NCBI RefSeq assembly: GCF_006345805.1
Contig: NC_043006.1
Coordinates: 61,938,001 to 62,002,000, forward strand
Length of the DNA stretch: 64,000 nucleotides
Direction: 5' to 3'
DNA from: Octopus sinensis
Lineage: Eukaryota
Shown here: positions 1 through 12,528 of the stretch, piece by piece
Numbering within the stretch: position 1 is the stretch's first letter
Layout of the letters: each line of letters begins with the position of its first letter
The notes under the pieces: generated by a model
Told to the model about the DNA's origin: nothing
The model's database searches: none
What the model saw: only the letters and a program-made list of their open reading frames with translations
Made by a program: the position numbers and the translations under genes

Positions 1-419
1 GATTAAAAATAGAGATGAAAATGAGAAATGAAAGTAATAAAATAAAAGTAGTAAAACAATAATTATAGCAATATACAAATTTTTTTAATAGAAATAATAA
101 TAAAAAATAAAAATAAAAACAAAAACTATACGAATGGATTTATGTTTCATTTAAAATTCGTGTGTGAATGCGCGTATAAAATTGAAAGATAATTTATATG
201 TGCGTATGTGGCATCAAAATTAGTGTTCTCAATAGATATATTACAATCTGAAATTAATTGTATTAATTTACTAGATTAATTAATAACGATTAATTTAATA
301 ACGAATAACACTTAATATATTAATATATATATATATAATATATATATATATATATGTATATATAAATATATATATATATATATATGTGGTGTGTGTGTGT
401 GTGTGTGTATATATATATG

Positions 420-450
<31 letters not shown>

Positions 451-1531
451 TATATTTGTATATATATTTGTGTGAATATGTGTGTGTGTGATTACCCCCA
501 CACACTTAGATATATATATATATATAATATATATATATATAAATAAGAATTGATAGCTATAATTAATTTTTATAATTAGATTAATATGACTATCGATATA
601 AATATAAATATACTTATGTATTACTAAGTATAATACATTACCTTTATCATTTTTATTTTTGTTTTCAAACAATTATACACTCGTAAATATTAATATACTA
701 AATTATCTTACTGTTTTATGCTATAATAAATTGCATAATTGTTTTTTGGTGTCTATCATATATTATCACTTTCGATACTTATTATATGTCGATAGATATA
801 AATATAATGCTTAATTATAATTAGTGGGTTTTATGATTAACTTTTTCGAAAATTATATACAAAGGCATATTTAAAAACTGTTTTGATTAGATAATCTGTT
901 ACTAACATACATATTACACATACACACACAGAAATTAACTTAGGCAGTAAATATACATACACACACACACAACACACACACATACATAAACCAAAATGGA
1001 AGATGTACATCCGTCAAATATAACTGCACATATTGATAAACTGATTTTATTCGACAATCTTTTAATAAAGTGCATGCACGAAGACGCACACATAAATTAG
1101 CATACATAGTAAGCATCCATATACCCTCACACATATAATCACAGACAAACACAAATAGACAATAGACATTCATGTTTATTAAGTTTTTTCATACCCTTAT
1201 CTTTATCTTTCATCTTTTATTTTTATACGTAGACACTTACTTACACACGAATTCAAATGAACCACAGAATCCATATGTATGAAGTTTTTATTTGTATTTC
1301 TTATTGTTATCCTAATTTTTTATTATTTGTTCTTATATATTTATAGATATATAATTATTATTTTATTGTGACGCATATTTGCCATTTGAATATGGCTAAC
1401 CCCTAAGGGTGGATGCTACTGTAGTTTGTAGCCCCAGGAAGATATCTTCTCCAGCTGGCTATAGACACACTATCTGTGTCCTATCAGTATTTGTGAAGGG
1501 AAGTCATCCTCCCCGTCTTCAACTCATGATA

Positions 1532-1576
1532 CACACGGACTCGAGTTTCAAGGTGTTTACCTATCATCAGCGTGTG
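1532..1576 (-). ncRNA. Minimal type-I hammerhead ribozyme, intact core
   Basis: Minus strand: CACACG CUGAUGA U-AGGU-AAAC-ACCU-U GAAA CUCGAG UC CGUGUG. 6-bp stem I, 4-bp stem II, palindromic stem III, GUC cleavage triplet. Confidence 0.9.
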
Positions 1577-1883
1577 ACAATCATGGTTGTCGACGAGAAG
1601 TCAGCTCCCTTCACAAATACATATACTTTTTCCAGTGTCGATTGACACTGATATTGAAAAAGTGAAATCAATCAATGATAAATCTCAGAGCGAGTTATAA
1701 ACAGTAGCGGTAACACATCGTGACGCATATTTGCCATTTGAATATGGCTAACCCCTAAGGGTGGATGCTACTGTAGTTTGTAGCCCCAGGAAGATATCTC
1801 CTCCAGCTGGCTATAGACACACTATATGTGTCCTCTCAGTATTTGTGAAGGGGAGTCATCCTCCCCGTCTTCAACTCATGATA

Positions 1884-1928
1884 CACACGGACTCGAGTTT
1901 CAAGGTGTTTACCTATCATTAGCGTGTG
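1884..1928 (-). ncRNA. Hammerhead copy with mutated core (CUAAUGA, G5A)
   Basis: Same as 1532-1576 except the plus strand reads TCATTAG instead of TCATCAG. Confidence 0.85.
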
Positions 1929-2506
1929 ACAATCATGGTTGTCGACGAGAAGTCAGCTCCCTTCACAAATACATATACTTTTTCCAGTGTCGATTGACAC
2001 TGATATTGAAAAAGTCAGCTGGAGGAGATATCTTCCTGGGGCTACAAACTACAGTAGCATCCACCCTTAGGGGTTAGCCATATTCAAATGGCAAATATGC
2101 GTCACGATGTGTTACCGCTACTGTGTATAACTCGCTCTGAGATTTATCATTATTATTTTATTACTTTTATATTTCATTAACATCTTTATTTCTCATTTTC
2201 ATTTTTAATTTTAAACTTTATTTTTATTTTTAATATTTATTTTCGTCATTATTTTAATATACTTCAATTTATTAATGTTATATTTAAATAATACTATGAG
2301 TAATATATCTATATAAATATTAATGCACGCGAACTCGCATACACATACACACACACACATAACTGAAAATACTTTCATCTACTTAATCTTTTTGAGTACC
2401 ACAACTGATTCACATGTAAATTCCTTACTGTCATTTTTGGTCTGAAGATATATCACTTCAAATTTTAAAAAAAAAGCACAAAATTTATTTATTTTATCTA
2501 TCTCTA

Positions 2507-2550
<44 letters not shown>

Positions 2551-3666
2551 ATCTATCTATCTATCTATATATATATAATATATATATATTTGTATATATA
2601 TTTGTGTGAATATGTGTGTGTGTGATTACCCCCACACACTTAGATATATATATATATATAATATATATATATATATATAAATAAGAATTGATAGCTATAA
2701 TTAATTTTTATAATTAGATTAATATGACTATCGATATAAATATAAATATACTTATGTATTACTAAGTATAATACATTACCTTTATCATTTTTATTTTTGT
2801 TTTCAAACATTATACACTCGTAAATATTAATATACTAAATTATCTTACTGTTTTATGCTATAATAAATTGCATAATTGTTTTTTGGTGTCTATCATATAT
2901 TATCACTTTCGATACTTATTATATGTCGATAGATATAAATATAATGCTTAATTATAATTAGTGGGTTTTATGATTAACTTTTTCGAAAATTATATACAAA
3001 GGCATATTTAAAAACTGTTTTGATTAGATAATCTGTTACTAACATACATATTACACATACACACACAGAAATTAACTTAGGCAGTAAATATACATACACA
3101 CACACACAAACACACACACATACATAAACCAAAATGGAAGATGTACATCCGTCAAATATAACTGCACATATTGATAAACTGATTTTATTCGACAATCTTT
3201 TAATAAAGTGCATGCACGAAGACGCACACATAAATTAGCATACATAGTAAGCATCCATATACCCTCACACATATAATCACAGACAAACACAAATAGACAA
3301 TAGACATTCATGTTTATTAAGTTTTTTCATACCCTTATCTTTATCTTTCATCTTTTATTTTTATACGTAGACACTTACTTACACACGAATTCAAATGAAC
3401 CACAGAATCCATATGTATGAAGTTTTTATTTGTATTTCTTATGTTATCCTAATTTTTTATATTTGTTCTTTATATTTATAGATATATAATTATTATTTTA
3501 TTGTGACGCATATTTGCCATTTGAATATGGCTAACCCCTAAGGGTGGATGCTACTGTAGTTTGTAGCCCCAGGAAGATATCTTCTCCAGCTGGCTATAGA
3601 CACACTATCTGTGTCCTATCAGTATTTGTGAAGGGAAGTCATCCTCCCCGTCTTCAACTCATGATA

Positions 3667-3711
3667 CACACGGACTCGAGTTTCAAGGTGTTTACCTATC
3701 ATCAGCGTGTG
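3667..3711 (-). ncRNA. Minimal type-I hammerhead ribozyme, intact core (duplicate of 1532-1576)
   Basis: Same CACACG-CUGAUGA...GAAA-CUCGAG-UC-CGUGUG motif. Confidence 0.9.
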
Positions 3712-4018
3712 ACAATCATGGTTGTCGACGAGAAGTCAGCTCCCTTCACAAATACATATACTTTTTCCAGTGTCGATTGACACTGATATTGAAAAAGTGA
3801 AATCAATCAATGATAAATCTCAGAGCGAGTTATAAACAGTAGCGGTAACACATCGTGACGCATATTTGCCATTTGAATATGGCTAACCCCTAAGGGTGGA
3901 TGCTACTGTAGTTTGTAGCCCCAGGAAGATATCTCCTCCAGCTGGCTATAGACACACTATATGTGTCCTCTCAGTATTTGTGAAGGGGAGTCATCCTCCC
4001 CGTCTTCAACTCATGATA

Positions 4019-4063
4019 CACACGGACTCGAGTTTCAAGGTGTTTACCTATCATTAGCGTGTG
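4019..4063 (-). ncRNA. Hammerhead copy with G5A core (duplicate of 1884-1928)
   Basis: Core reads CUAAUGA. Confidence 0.85.
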
Positions 4064-4624
4064 ACAATCATGGTTGTCGACGAGAAGTCAGCTCCCTTCA
4101 CAAATACATATACTTTTTCCAGTGTCGATTGACACTGATATTGAAAAAGTCAGCTGGAGGAGATATCTTCCTGGGGCTACAAACTACAGTAGCATCCACC
4201 CTTAGGGGTTAGCCATATTCAAATGGCAAATATGCGTCACGATGTGTTACCGCTACTGTGTATAACTCGCTCTGAGATTTATCATTATTATTTTATTACT
4301 TTTATATTTCATTAACATCTTTATTTCTCATTTTCATTTTTAATTTTAAACTTTATTTTTATTTTTAATATTTATTTTCGTCATTTATTTTAATATACTT
4401 CAATTTATTAATGTTATATTTAAATAATACTATGAGTAATATATCTATATTAAATATTAATGCACGCGAACTCGCATACACATACACACACACATAACTG
4501 AAAATACTTTCATCTACTTAATCTTTTTGAGTACCACAACTGATTCACATGTAAATTCCTTACTGTCATTTTTGGTCTGAAGATATATCACTTCAAATTT
4601 TAAAAAGCACAAAATTTATTTATT

Positions 4625-4732
<108 letters not shown>

Positions 4733-4751
4733 CAGGATGTGTGTCTGTTTG

Positions 4752-5026
4752 TTTGTACCTTCTCGAGCCATGACTGGCTCATAAGGGCCGGTTTCCCGGT
4801 TTAGTTGGCGTATAGGTTCCTCACCTGGACGGTAAGCCGGTCCGTCGCAGGTGAGCTGGAAAGAGTGAGTGAAAGTTGTGGCGGAAGAGTCAGCCATTAT
4901 CTTCTGCCGGAGCCGCGTGGAGCTTAGGTGTTTTGCTCTTAAACACACACATCCTCCGGTCTGAGATTATAACCCGCGATCCCTCAACAGCGAGTCCGCT
5001 GCTCTAACCACTAGGTCATGTGCCTC
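4752..5026 (-). mobile_element. tRNA-derived SINE
   Basis: Minus-strand head GAGGCACATGACCTAGTGGTTAGAGCAGCGGACTCGC...CGCGGGTTATAATC carries A-box- and B-box-like motifs, followed by a non-tRNA body. Confidence 0.75.
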
Positions 5027-5399
5027 GACGATGTGTGTGTGTGTGTGTGTGTTCGTGAATGTAATTTATACAGGTCCACAAATTAGCACGCATGTCGCTC
5101 CAATTTTAGGAGGACATTCGTCACGATCCTAGCTGCATTTTCGTTAAATTATTTTCCCCCGAGGCACCAGCGAATAGCGGTAAAAATAAATTTTCGACCA
5201 TAATTTAACAATTTTCACGGCGGAGAAATCCACCATTGTTCACAAACATGAGTTAAGTCCCCTTCTAGCGACGGTGTAAAGAGAGGGAAGGAGAGGGAGA
5301 GGGAGAGATAGAGATAACAGATTTTAAAAATTTCGTTGCAATGTGTGTGTTTGTTGGTGTGTGTGTGTGTGTGACTCTGTCTTGCTTGTATATTTATAT

Positions 5400-5452
<53 letters not shown>

Positions 5453-5483
5453 TATATATACAATATAAAATGATGGTTGTAAA

Positions 5484-7297
5484 GATGAGCTACTCATCAA
5501 TCAGATGATCTTGGATAATAGTCACAAACAACACAGAAACTTGTCGATAGTCTGGATAGACAATAAAAATGTTTTTGATAGTCTACCACAAAGCTGCATT
5601 GACAGATGTCTGTAAAGTTATAAAATAGCACCTACTCAGCGAAACTTCTCATCTGTAAGCATGAGACCATGGAAAACCACAACGACTTTGAACTGTGACA
5701 ATGAATCCCTCAATACTGGAGATGTAAGAATTCAATGTGGCATTTTCCAAGATAACTCTCTGTCACCACTGATCTTTTGTCTAGCCTTAAAACCTCTTTC
5801 GAAATGATGTACAATATGGCTATAAAATGCTTGATAAAAATATAAGTCATCTCTTTTACATGGATGATTTAAAGCTCTTTGCAGAAAAAGCTTTAAAACA
5901 ACTACAGGGCTTACTAACAATTTTTAAACAATTCAGTGGTCACATCAGGATGCAATTTGGTCTCGATAACTGTGCAAAACCTACCTTTATCAAAGATAAA
6001 ATGATAGAAACATCCAACGTTAATCTTGACCAGTAGAATGTCATAAAGGAGGTGAAACCAACGGAGAGCTACAAATATCTAGGGATATTTTAAGGTGATG
6101 GAATCAAAGATTCAATAATGCGGGAACGGATCAGAAAAAAATGTTATTGCAGAGTAAGAGCTGAATGCAAGAAATGCAAGAAAAATACGAAAGTGGTTGA
6201 CAATACATGGAATGAGGTAGATTTAGAACGACTTTACCTGCCAAGAAAAAAAAGGGTGGCCGTGGTTTTTTACAACTGGAACTAATAATGGAGATTGCCA
6301 GAATTTGCTTTAACACATACCTGAAAAACTCTGATGACTGGATGTTAAAACTTCTATTAAAGCACGATAAGAAGAAAGCATCATACTCACTAACAAAACA
6401 GGAAAAAGAACATCGAAATGATTTCCAAATAGAAAAAATCCCAGAATTAGACATACTGGAAACCGGCACAGAAAAGCTAAGCGCAGGAAAACCCGTGCTA
6501 AAACTGCTGCCTTAGGTATTCTTACTCATAAATGGCAAGAAAAAGCATCTCAATGGTAAATACTCAAAGAGATCTAACAAAACCGGTGTTGACAAAGTAC
6601 TTAACCGTCAATAGTTAGTGTCTTCTGGCTTAAAATCAGAAACAGAAGGGTATATCATAGCAGCCCAAGGTCAGTGACTACCTACAACGTGCTGCCAGGC
6701 CAATATATCAAAGAATGGTGGCAGCCCAAAATGTCGTCTATGTAAACAAAAAAAGAAGCCATCAATTATGTTGTCTCCATGCGCAGTCATCTTGCACCTA
6801 CAGAGTATCTCAAATGACACGACAGAACAACACAGTATATTTACTGGCTGGTTTGCAAAGAATAGGACCTGCCTCATGATATAAACTGGTGGGAACACAA
6901 AAGAACCCCAGTGCTTGAAAATGACCCCATCCCAGTCCTCTGGAATTTCACCGTTCAAACTGACAAAAAGCTAGATGTAAATAGGCCATACATTCTACTG
7001 AAGGACTTCAATTAAAAATCGTGCCTCATCATCGATATGACTATCCCAATCGACATAAATGTATCTGTCAAGACTTACAAAAACTTAGCAAGTATTAAGG
7101 TCTTGAAACAGAAATCGGCAAAATGTGGAATCTCAAGACTAAAACAATACCTGTTGTCATACATACCCTAGGAATGATAGCAAATTGGGACTGATTGATA
7201 CCTAGCTCAGATACTAGAAAATCAAAAAATGGTAGATATTCAAAATGTTGCCCATGGGATCTGCCCATATCCCACGTAAAATACTGTGTCTATGTAA
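5484..7297 (+). mobile_element. Decayed non-LTR retrotransposon, R4/Dong-like (RT plus restriction-like endonuclease), 5'-truncated, many stops and frameshifts
   Basis: SHLFYMDDLKLF (RT YMDD motif) and QFGLDNCAK. The C-terminal reading YWLVCK..WWEHK..VLENDPIPVLWNFTVQTDKKLDVNRP matches the RLE domain. Confidence 0.85.
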
Positions 7298-7484
7298 TCC
7301 CAAATTTTAAAACAATCTTATGATGTTTTCTTAAAAATTCTCTAGAGCAATACTTTGTGCCAGACCAAATATATGGCATCCTAGTCATCACGCCAACTTG
7401 AACAGCAAACTTGTTGCCTCTTGAGGTGTCTGGCTGAGACTTGCAATCAACTTGTACAAATACAAAGCAAAATTCAAACTAATA

Positions 7485-7489
<5 letters not shown>

Positions 7490-7577
<88 letters not shown>

Positions 7578-7590
7578 TAATAAATAATAA
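7490..7590. repeat. (AAT)n microsatellite
   Basis: Direct reading. Similar arrays at 8040-8140, 28440-28535, 36240-36310 and 55190-55410. Confidence 0.95.
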
Positions 7591-7594
7591 TAAA

Positions 7595-8038
7595 TATTCT
7601 GCTTAATACCACAGATTTGCTTGTCAGTTGTTTGACCTTAACCAGTTGAGCATGTCCCTTAGTGGTTGACGATATGTGCATCTCTGATCACGAGCAGAAG
7701 TAGTGGGGGAGCATCATAGCCATGTGTTGAGAGGGATTTTTGGGGTTTGAATAATTCACCTCTGGAAACATGGGTGGTTCTTTCAATATCCTTAAACAAC
7801 CCTTATTCAGGGACCTTTTGAGCGGGATAGGCTACTTAACCTGAAGAAAATTCTAACTGGGCCCCACCTGCAAGGTCATGTGCAGTCTATCTTGATATGA
7901 GATCACCATGTCGCGCACATATGGTTGTGATGCATGTGCCTGGTGTACCCTTATCAGACGCTTAGTCATAATGGGTATATTGGGCTTCGTATATTTTACC
8001 CCAGTGTCACTTTGATGGCATGAACTTCTCTCTCACTC

Positions 8039-8040
<2 letters not shown>
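7595..8040 (+). mobile_element. Interspersed repeat with (AAT)n tail (LINE 3'-end or SINE-like family)
   Basis: Homologous sequence at 28305-28440 (+), 54315-54880 (-) and 54900-55190 (-). Ends CTCTCTCACTCAATAATAAT. Confidence 0.8.
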
Positions 8041-8118
<78 letters not shown>

Positions 8119-8149
8119 TAATAATGAAATTAGTAATAATAATGATAAC

Positions 8150-8335
8150 ACTTAGCTTGGGAAGTTAAGCAGTTGTAGTCGATGAAAAAGGTGGTAGTAG
8201 TACCAATTATTGTCGGAGCCCTAGGAATAGTGAGTAAAATTCTTGAGAATTACATGGAACAAATAGGGACTGCAATAAGGGTGGTGCACTAACAGAAAAT
8301 AGCACTCCTTGGAACCGCTAGAATACTCTGGTGCT
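8150..8335 (+). mobile_element. R4/Dong-like LINE 3'-end fragment
   Basis: Reads LAWEVKQL..MKKVVVVPIIVGALGIVSKILENYMEQIG...QKIALLGTARIL. Confidence 0.7.
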
Positions 8336-8487
8336 CAAAAATGAGGGGTGTTACCTTAGTTTACTGGTAGTGAAGAGCTGATACCGTAGTACATCTGCAG
8401 CGTTAGAAGCTTTGCAAAGTTAGTGACAATATTAATGATGATGATGATGATGATGATGATGATAATAATGATAGAGTGACAAATACT

Positions 8488-8750
8488 GTCAGATCATTGA
8501 TGTAGCCATACCAAATAACATGTATGTTGCGAGTAAATTGTTTGAAAAAATTACAAAGTACTTCGAATTGAAAATAGGAAAGGCAAGACTATGGAATGGG
8601 AGAGGGTAACGTAAAATTGACACCAGTGGTAATCGGAGCGTTGGCCTCAATCCCATCGAAACTTCAAAACTTCTTAATGTAACTAAAAATCCCATGCAAG
8701 ATTGATACCTTACAAAAAGCAGCCTTATTGGGCACAGCGCACATTTTAAT
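8488..8750 (+). mobile_element. R4/Dong-like LINE 3'-end fragment from a different subfamily
   Basis: Reads IIDVAIPNN...TPVVIGALASIP...LQKAALLGTAHIL. Confidence 0.7.
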
Positions 8751-9389
8751 GTATCATCTTCTGAGGTGCTTGTGTGACTCGACATATGTCTAAAGACTCC
8801 GGTGCACTTTTACCTACACTGTGTTACGAAGGAATAATAATAATGGTGGTGGTAGTGTTGATGAAGATAACAATAATGATACTGATAGTAAACAACCCTT
8901 ACTAAATCCAACGAAAAATACCGGCAATGTTGCTCAATAGTAAGGAACTGGAAGGTTATTAAACGAAAAAACAATTTACTTGAATGCAACGAAAAATAAC
9001 TATTAATAGATGTGTAATAACAACGGAATACATAAACAATCAGCACTATGAATAACTAAGTAATATCTCTGTGTATTAGTAAAATGTTATAGCTGTTCAC
9101 CCAATAAGGAAAATGTAGTGCAAATATTGGTAGCATATGGCCTACAACAATTGCAAGTACATTACGCTAATGGAAAACATTTATATCAACAGAAGACTGA
9201 TTCTCAAAATCAAAACTAGAAAACAATAGGCTCGAAGTTCGTGTTCAAATAAACATCCAAACAATAAGGAAGTCCCCCTGTCATAGACATATATTGATAT
9301 ATACCAATTTGGTATACGAAGTGTTTGCTGAAGTCTGTGTCTGGTTAGCATTTGCGAAATGGAATCATCGTTCCCATCTCTAGACTTAC

Positions 9390-9880
9390 ATGATACACAC
9401 AGACCCACATTTCTGGGTAGCAACCAATCATCGCAAATACTTATCAGACACAGATAGTTTATCGTTAACCAGCTGGAGGAGATGTCTTCCTGGGGCTATA
9501 AACAACAGTTACATCGTCCCCTATACGACCGACACATTAATGTGGCTAATATTCTTCACGATGCCGTGTTGCTACTGTTTATTTTCCGCTCAGAGATATA
9601 ATATTGCTGGTTTCGTCTTTTTCCAGATCAGCGAAAGCTTGTCACTGGAAAAGGCATATCGTAGTTTGCGTTTGGGATGATTTTTCATCGCATTCTAATG
9701 ACGATCACACACTGATGACAGGTTACCACCCAGACACTCGGGTTTGTGTGTATCACATAATGCTAGAGATGTGAACGAAGATTTCCCTTCGCAAGTACCA
9801 ATCAGACACAGACAGTGTGTCGTTAAACAACTGGAGAAGATGTCTTTATAGGATTATAAACAAGAGTAGCATCGTCCCCT
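9390..9880. mobile_element. Diverged relative of the 1368-2151 pseudo-LTR family, with an internal inversion
   Basis: CAGCTGGAGGAGATGTCTTCCTGGGGCTATAAAC (about 9470) and its repeat (about 9830) match the reverse complement of the 1.4-kb unit. Orientation flips at 9432/9433. Confidence 0.7.
9706..9750 (+). ncRNA. Degenerate hammerhead (GAAA changed to GACA)
   Basis: CACACA CUGAUGA CAGGUUACCACCCA GACA CUCGGG UU UGUGUG. Stem I is intact. Confidence 0.7.
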
Positions 9881-9894
9881 AATTCTATGTCTTT

Positions 9895-9982
9895 ATGCCG
9901 CTGAGGATTGCTCTGCATTTAAACTGATGCAATGATTGCATTGATCAATTAAATTGGGTTGCTTGAAACGATCGTACTGCAT
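9895..9982 (+). ncRNA. Hammerhead with a long (57-nt) stem II domain, slightly degenerate
   Basis: AUGCCG CUGAGGA [57 nt] GAAA CGAUCG UA CUGCAU. Same family as 12529-12617. Confidence 0.65.
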
Positions 9983-10008
9983 TACCTCTGAATATCCTTG
10001 TTGCTTAT

Positions 10009-10096
<88 letters not shown>

Positions 10097-10185
10097 TTTG
10101 TGTGTGACCTCGTGTGTGGACCTCGTGTGTACCGTTAGCGATTTTTTCCTCTGTCTTCCCTTCTCCAGATCTTCCCTTCTCCTAT

Positions 10186-10219
10186 GTTTCCGATGAAGAG
10201 CTCCGCTCGAAATTTAAAC
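10186..10219 (+). ncRNA. Minimal hammerhead-like motif with CCGAUGA core
   Basis: GUUU CCGAUGA A-GAGC-UCC-GCUC GAAA UUU AAAC. Stem III is reduced to almost nothing. Confidence 0.5.
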
Positions 10220-10320
10220 CCTCCTTCTTTCCTTCTTTCCTGAGCGTCCAACAATACAATATTTGTTCCACGTCCTCGCGTGGTTGTGTTTTTTTGTGTC
10301 TTCTTGTTTGGATTAACTTA

Positions 10321-10394
<74 letters not shown>

Positions 10395-10805
10395 CAACAT
10401 ATACGTATGTACATATATATATATATATAGTAACATGCAATAAGACAATAATATATAGAATATTAAGATATTTAAACACATATATTATAGATGGCTATGG
10501 CAATTAAAGCCAAAAAGGTAAAATTAATAAATGAGGGTGCAAAATAACACCTAGAATTGCTAGAGATGAGAGCCAAGATTTAACTCGAACACCCACAGTA
10601 AAGCACAAACTTCATGAAATATTCGGGATTGCAAACAGCAAGTCAGAACATCTTTGTTTGATAAGATATGAAATAGTTTGATAAAACCTTATCACGGGAT
10701 TTTTTAATTTGATCATATGGTCTTGTTTATCGTCAGAGTTTTCCACAATAACTCTGTGTCCGTGTGTGTATAGTATACTATATATATATATTATATTATT
10801 ATCTA

Positions 10806-10837
<32 letters not shown>

Positions 10838-10989
10838 GTGTGAATATATATATGTGTGTGTCTATACACACACATACGCGTATAATGTGTATGTATATAT
10901 AAGTGTGTGTAAATATATTTACACACACACATATTCACTCTCTCTCACACACACGTATATGTATGTAAATATATAAGTATACATACTTG

Positions 10990-11560
10990 AATAATTCTTG
11001 GATAAATAGCTTGTTGCATGCTATACAAACCTCTTTTACAAGTATTGACGACTGTATGTTATGCTTTGGGATTTCTCCTGTCACTGAATATACATCTGGA
11101 ATTCGATAGTGTCCTTAGAGATGTATACAAAGAGAGAAATTGAACGGCATTCTGCACTTCATATCCCTACAATTATTTCCACTCATCTTCAAACCTACAG
11201 TACATTAGTAAGATGATATGATTAATATATTGCGCAGATAATAGCATCCATTAAACGTTGTTAAATGTTTTTCTTCAATTGATTGTCTTGGATACATCCT
11301 TTGTTCGATAACACTTTCGTTTCACTCTATACAAGATTGAACAGGTGGTTGACTCACTGGGATCCACTACGTATAGGGATAGAGTGTGTGCTACTTAAGG
11401 AGGGAGTATAGCTTCTAAATTTCTCATTTTGTTCTCTTATGTTGAGAAATAATTATCAGAGTGAAGAGAGTTCAAAGAACATATATTACATCCATATAAT
11501 TCCTTTCTTAACCTGTACGATAGTCGTAGATAGTACCATTTCGCCCTTGCTTCTCAGTAC
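10990..11560 (-). mobile_element. Highly decayed RTE-like LINE fragment (end of APE domain to start of RT)
   Basis: Only patchy motif similarity on the minus strand, with many stops. Confidence 0.3.
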
Positions 11561-12326
11561 ATCATAACTCGAGATTATAAAATTAGTTACATGTAAGTTA
11601 TATAAGCCATATAAAAATTAAAATTTATGACGTTTTTCCTTTTTAACGGTGGATAAAATAATTAAAAACTGATATAGGTAGGAGAGAAGACTGTTGCGCG
11701 TTTTTTTGTCTTTTGAATTAAATTGCATGTGGTTTCAGCTCTTGTTTCCATAGTTTCAGTATAGATTTGCTTTGTGTAAAGGTTCCTTGTGTAGTTACAT
11801 TCAATGTTTTCACTACAGGCTATACACAAGCTCTTGTATGTTCGTCCGGGGTGCAAATGATGGATTTCTTGCTGCTTTATTCATCGAAATGATTTACAAT
11901 CAGTATTGTTGTTTTTACCGCGTCAGTTTGCTTTTCACTCAGTTTTTCTGCGGATAGCATTGGAGATCCGGCCAGCGTTCTATATATACGTGGTTGGCTC
12001 ACAAGGAACGGCTACTTATGAGGAGGGAGAGAGTTACTACTTCTGGTGAGAGAAGCGCTTTTAATTTTTATATCTTTATACCTATGTTGAGAAATATCAA
12101 AGACTAAGAATGTAAAACCTTAGATAAAATGACAAACAAAACAAAATGCAAAATCGACGAAACAAAAAGCCAAAACAAACCCCATGACCAGATTACTATA
12201 AAATAAAACAATCTTCACGGTCAGATTATTAGGAAAAAAGAAAATAATAAATGTTATTTAGCCTTTAGAGATAATTATGTGATAAAGTAGTAAAGATTGA
12301 CTATTACTTGTGCTCGTTATGTATAC

Positions 12327-12415
<89 letters not shown>

Positions 12416-12528
12416 CGATGAAAATGGTGCTTAAGTTGAAGGCACCAGAATGTTTAATATGGTATTATCCATATAATTTAAAATGAGGTGATTATAATCA
12501 CAATAACCAACAAGGATAGCCAGTGGTA

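Larger units (their letters stand above)
1368..2151 (-). mobile_element. PLE pseudo-LTR/retrozyme-like non-coding element: two direct repeats at 352-bp period, then a 136-bp inverted copy
   Basis: GTGACGCATATTTGCC starts at 1368 and 1720. 2016-2151 is the reverse complement of 1674-1809 with 1 mismatch. Each direct repeat carries an HHR motif. Confidence 0.8.
3503..4286 (-). mobile_element. Second copy of the pseudo-LTR/HHR element within the 2135-bp duplication
   Basis: Matches 1368-2151 at offset 2135. Confidence 0.8.

Noticed and set aside
295-672. Long ORFs rich in YI, HT, poly-I, poly-N or poly-L (also 7388, 13044, 26871, 28299, 36236, 55134 and others)
   Set aside because: They are translations of (TA)n, (CA)n and (AAT)n tracts, which lack stops in some frames; not coding.
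1409-2077. Duplicated 78-aa and 83-aa ORFs inside the HHR repeats
   Set aside because: No recognisable domain, and the homologous sequence is read in different frames in the two direct repeats.
4960-5026. tRNA-like sequences (also about 19370-19441, 21200, 51850-51924)
   Set aside because: They are SINE heads fused to non-tRNA bodies; not called as tRNA genes.
12415-12462. CCGATGA-aaa-TGGTGC..GCACCA-GAAT hammerhead-like relic
   Set aside because: GAAA is broken and there is no stem I or stem III partner; the 5' side is microsatellite.
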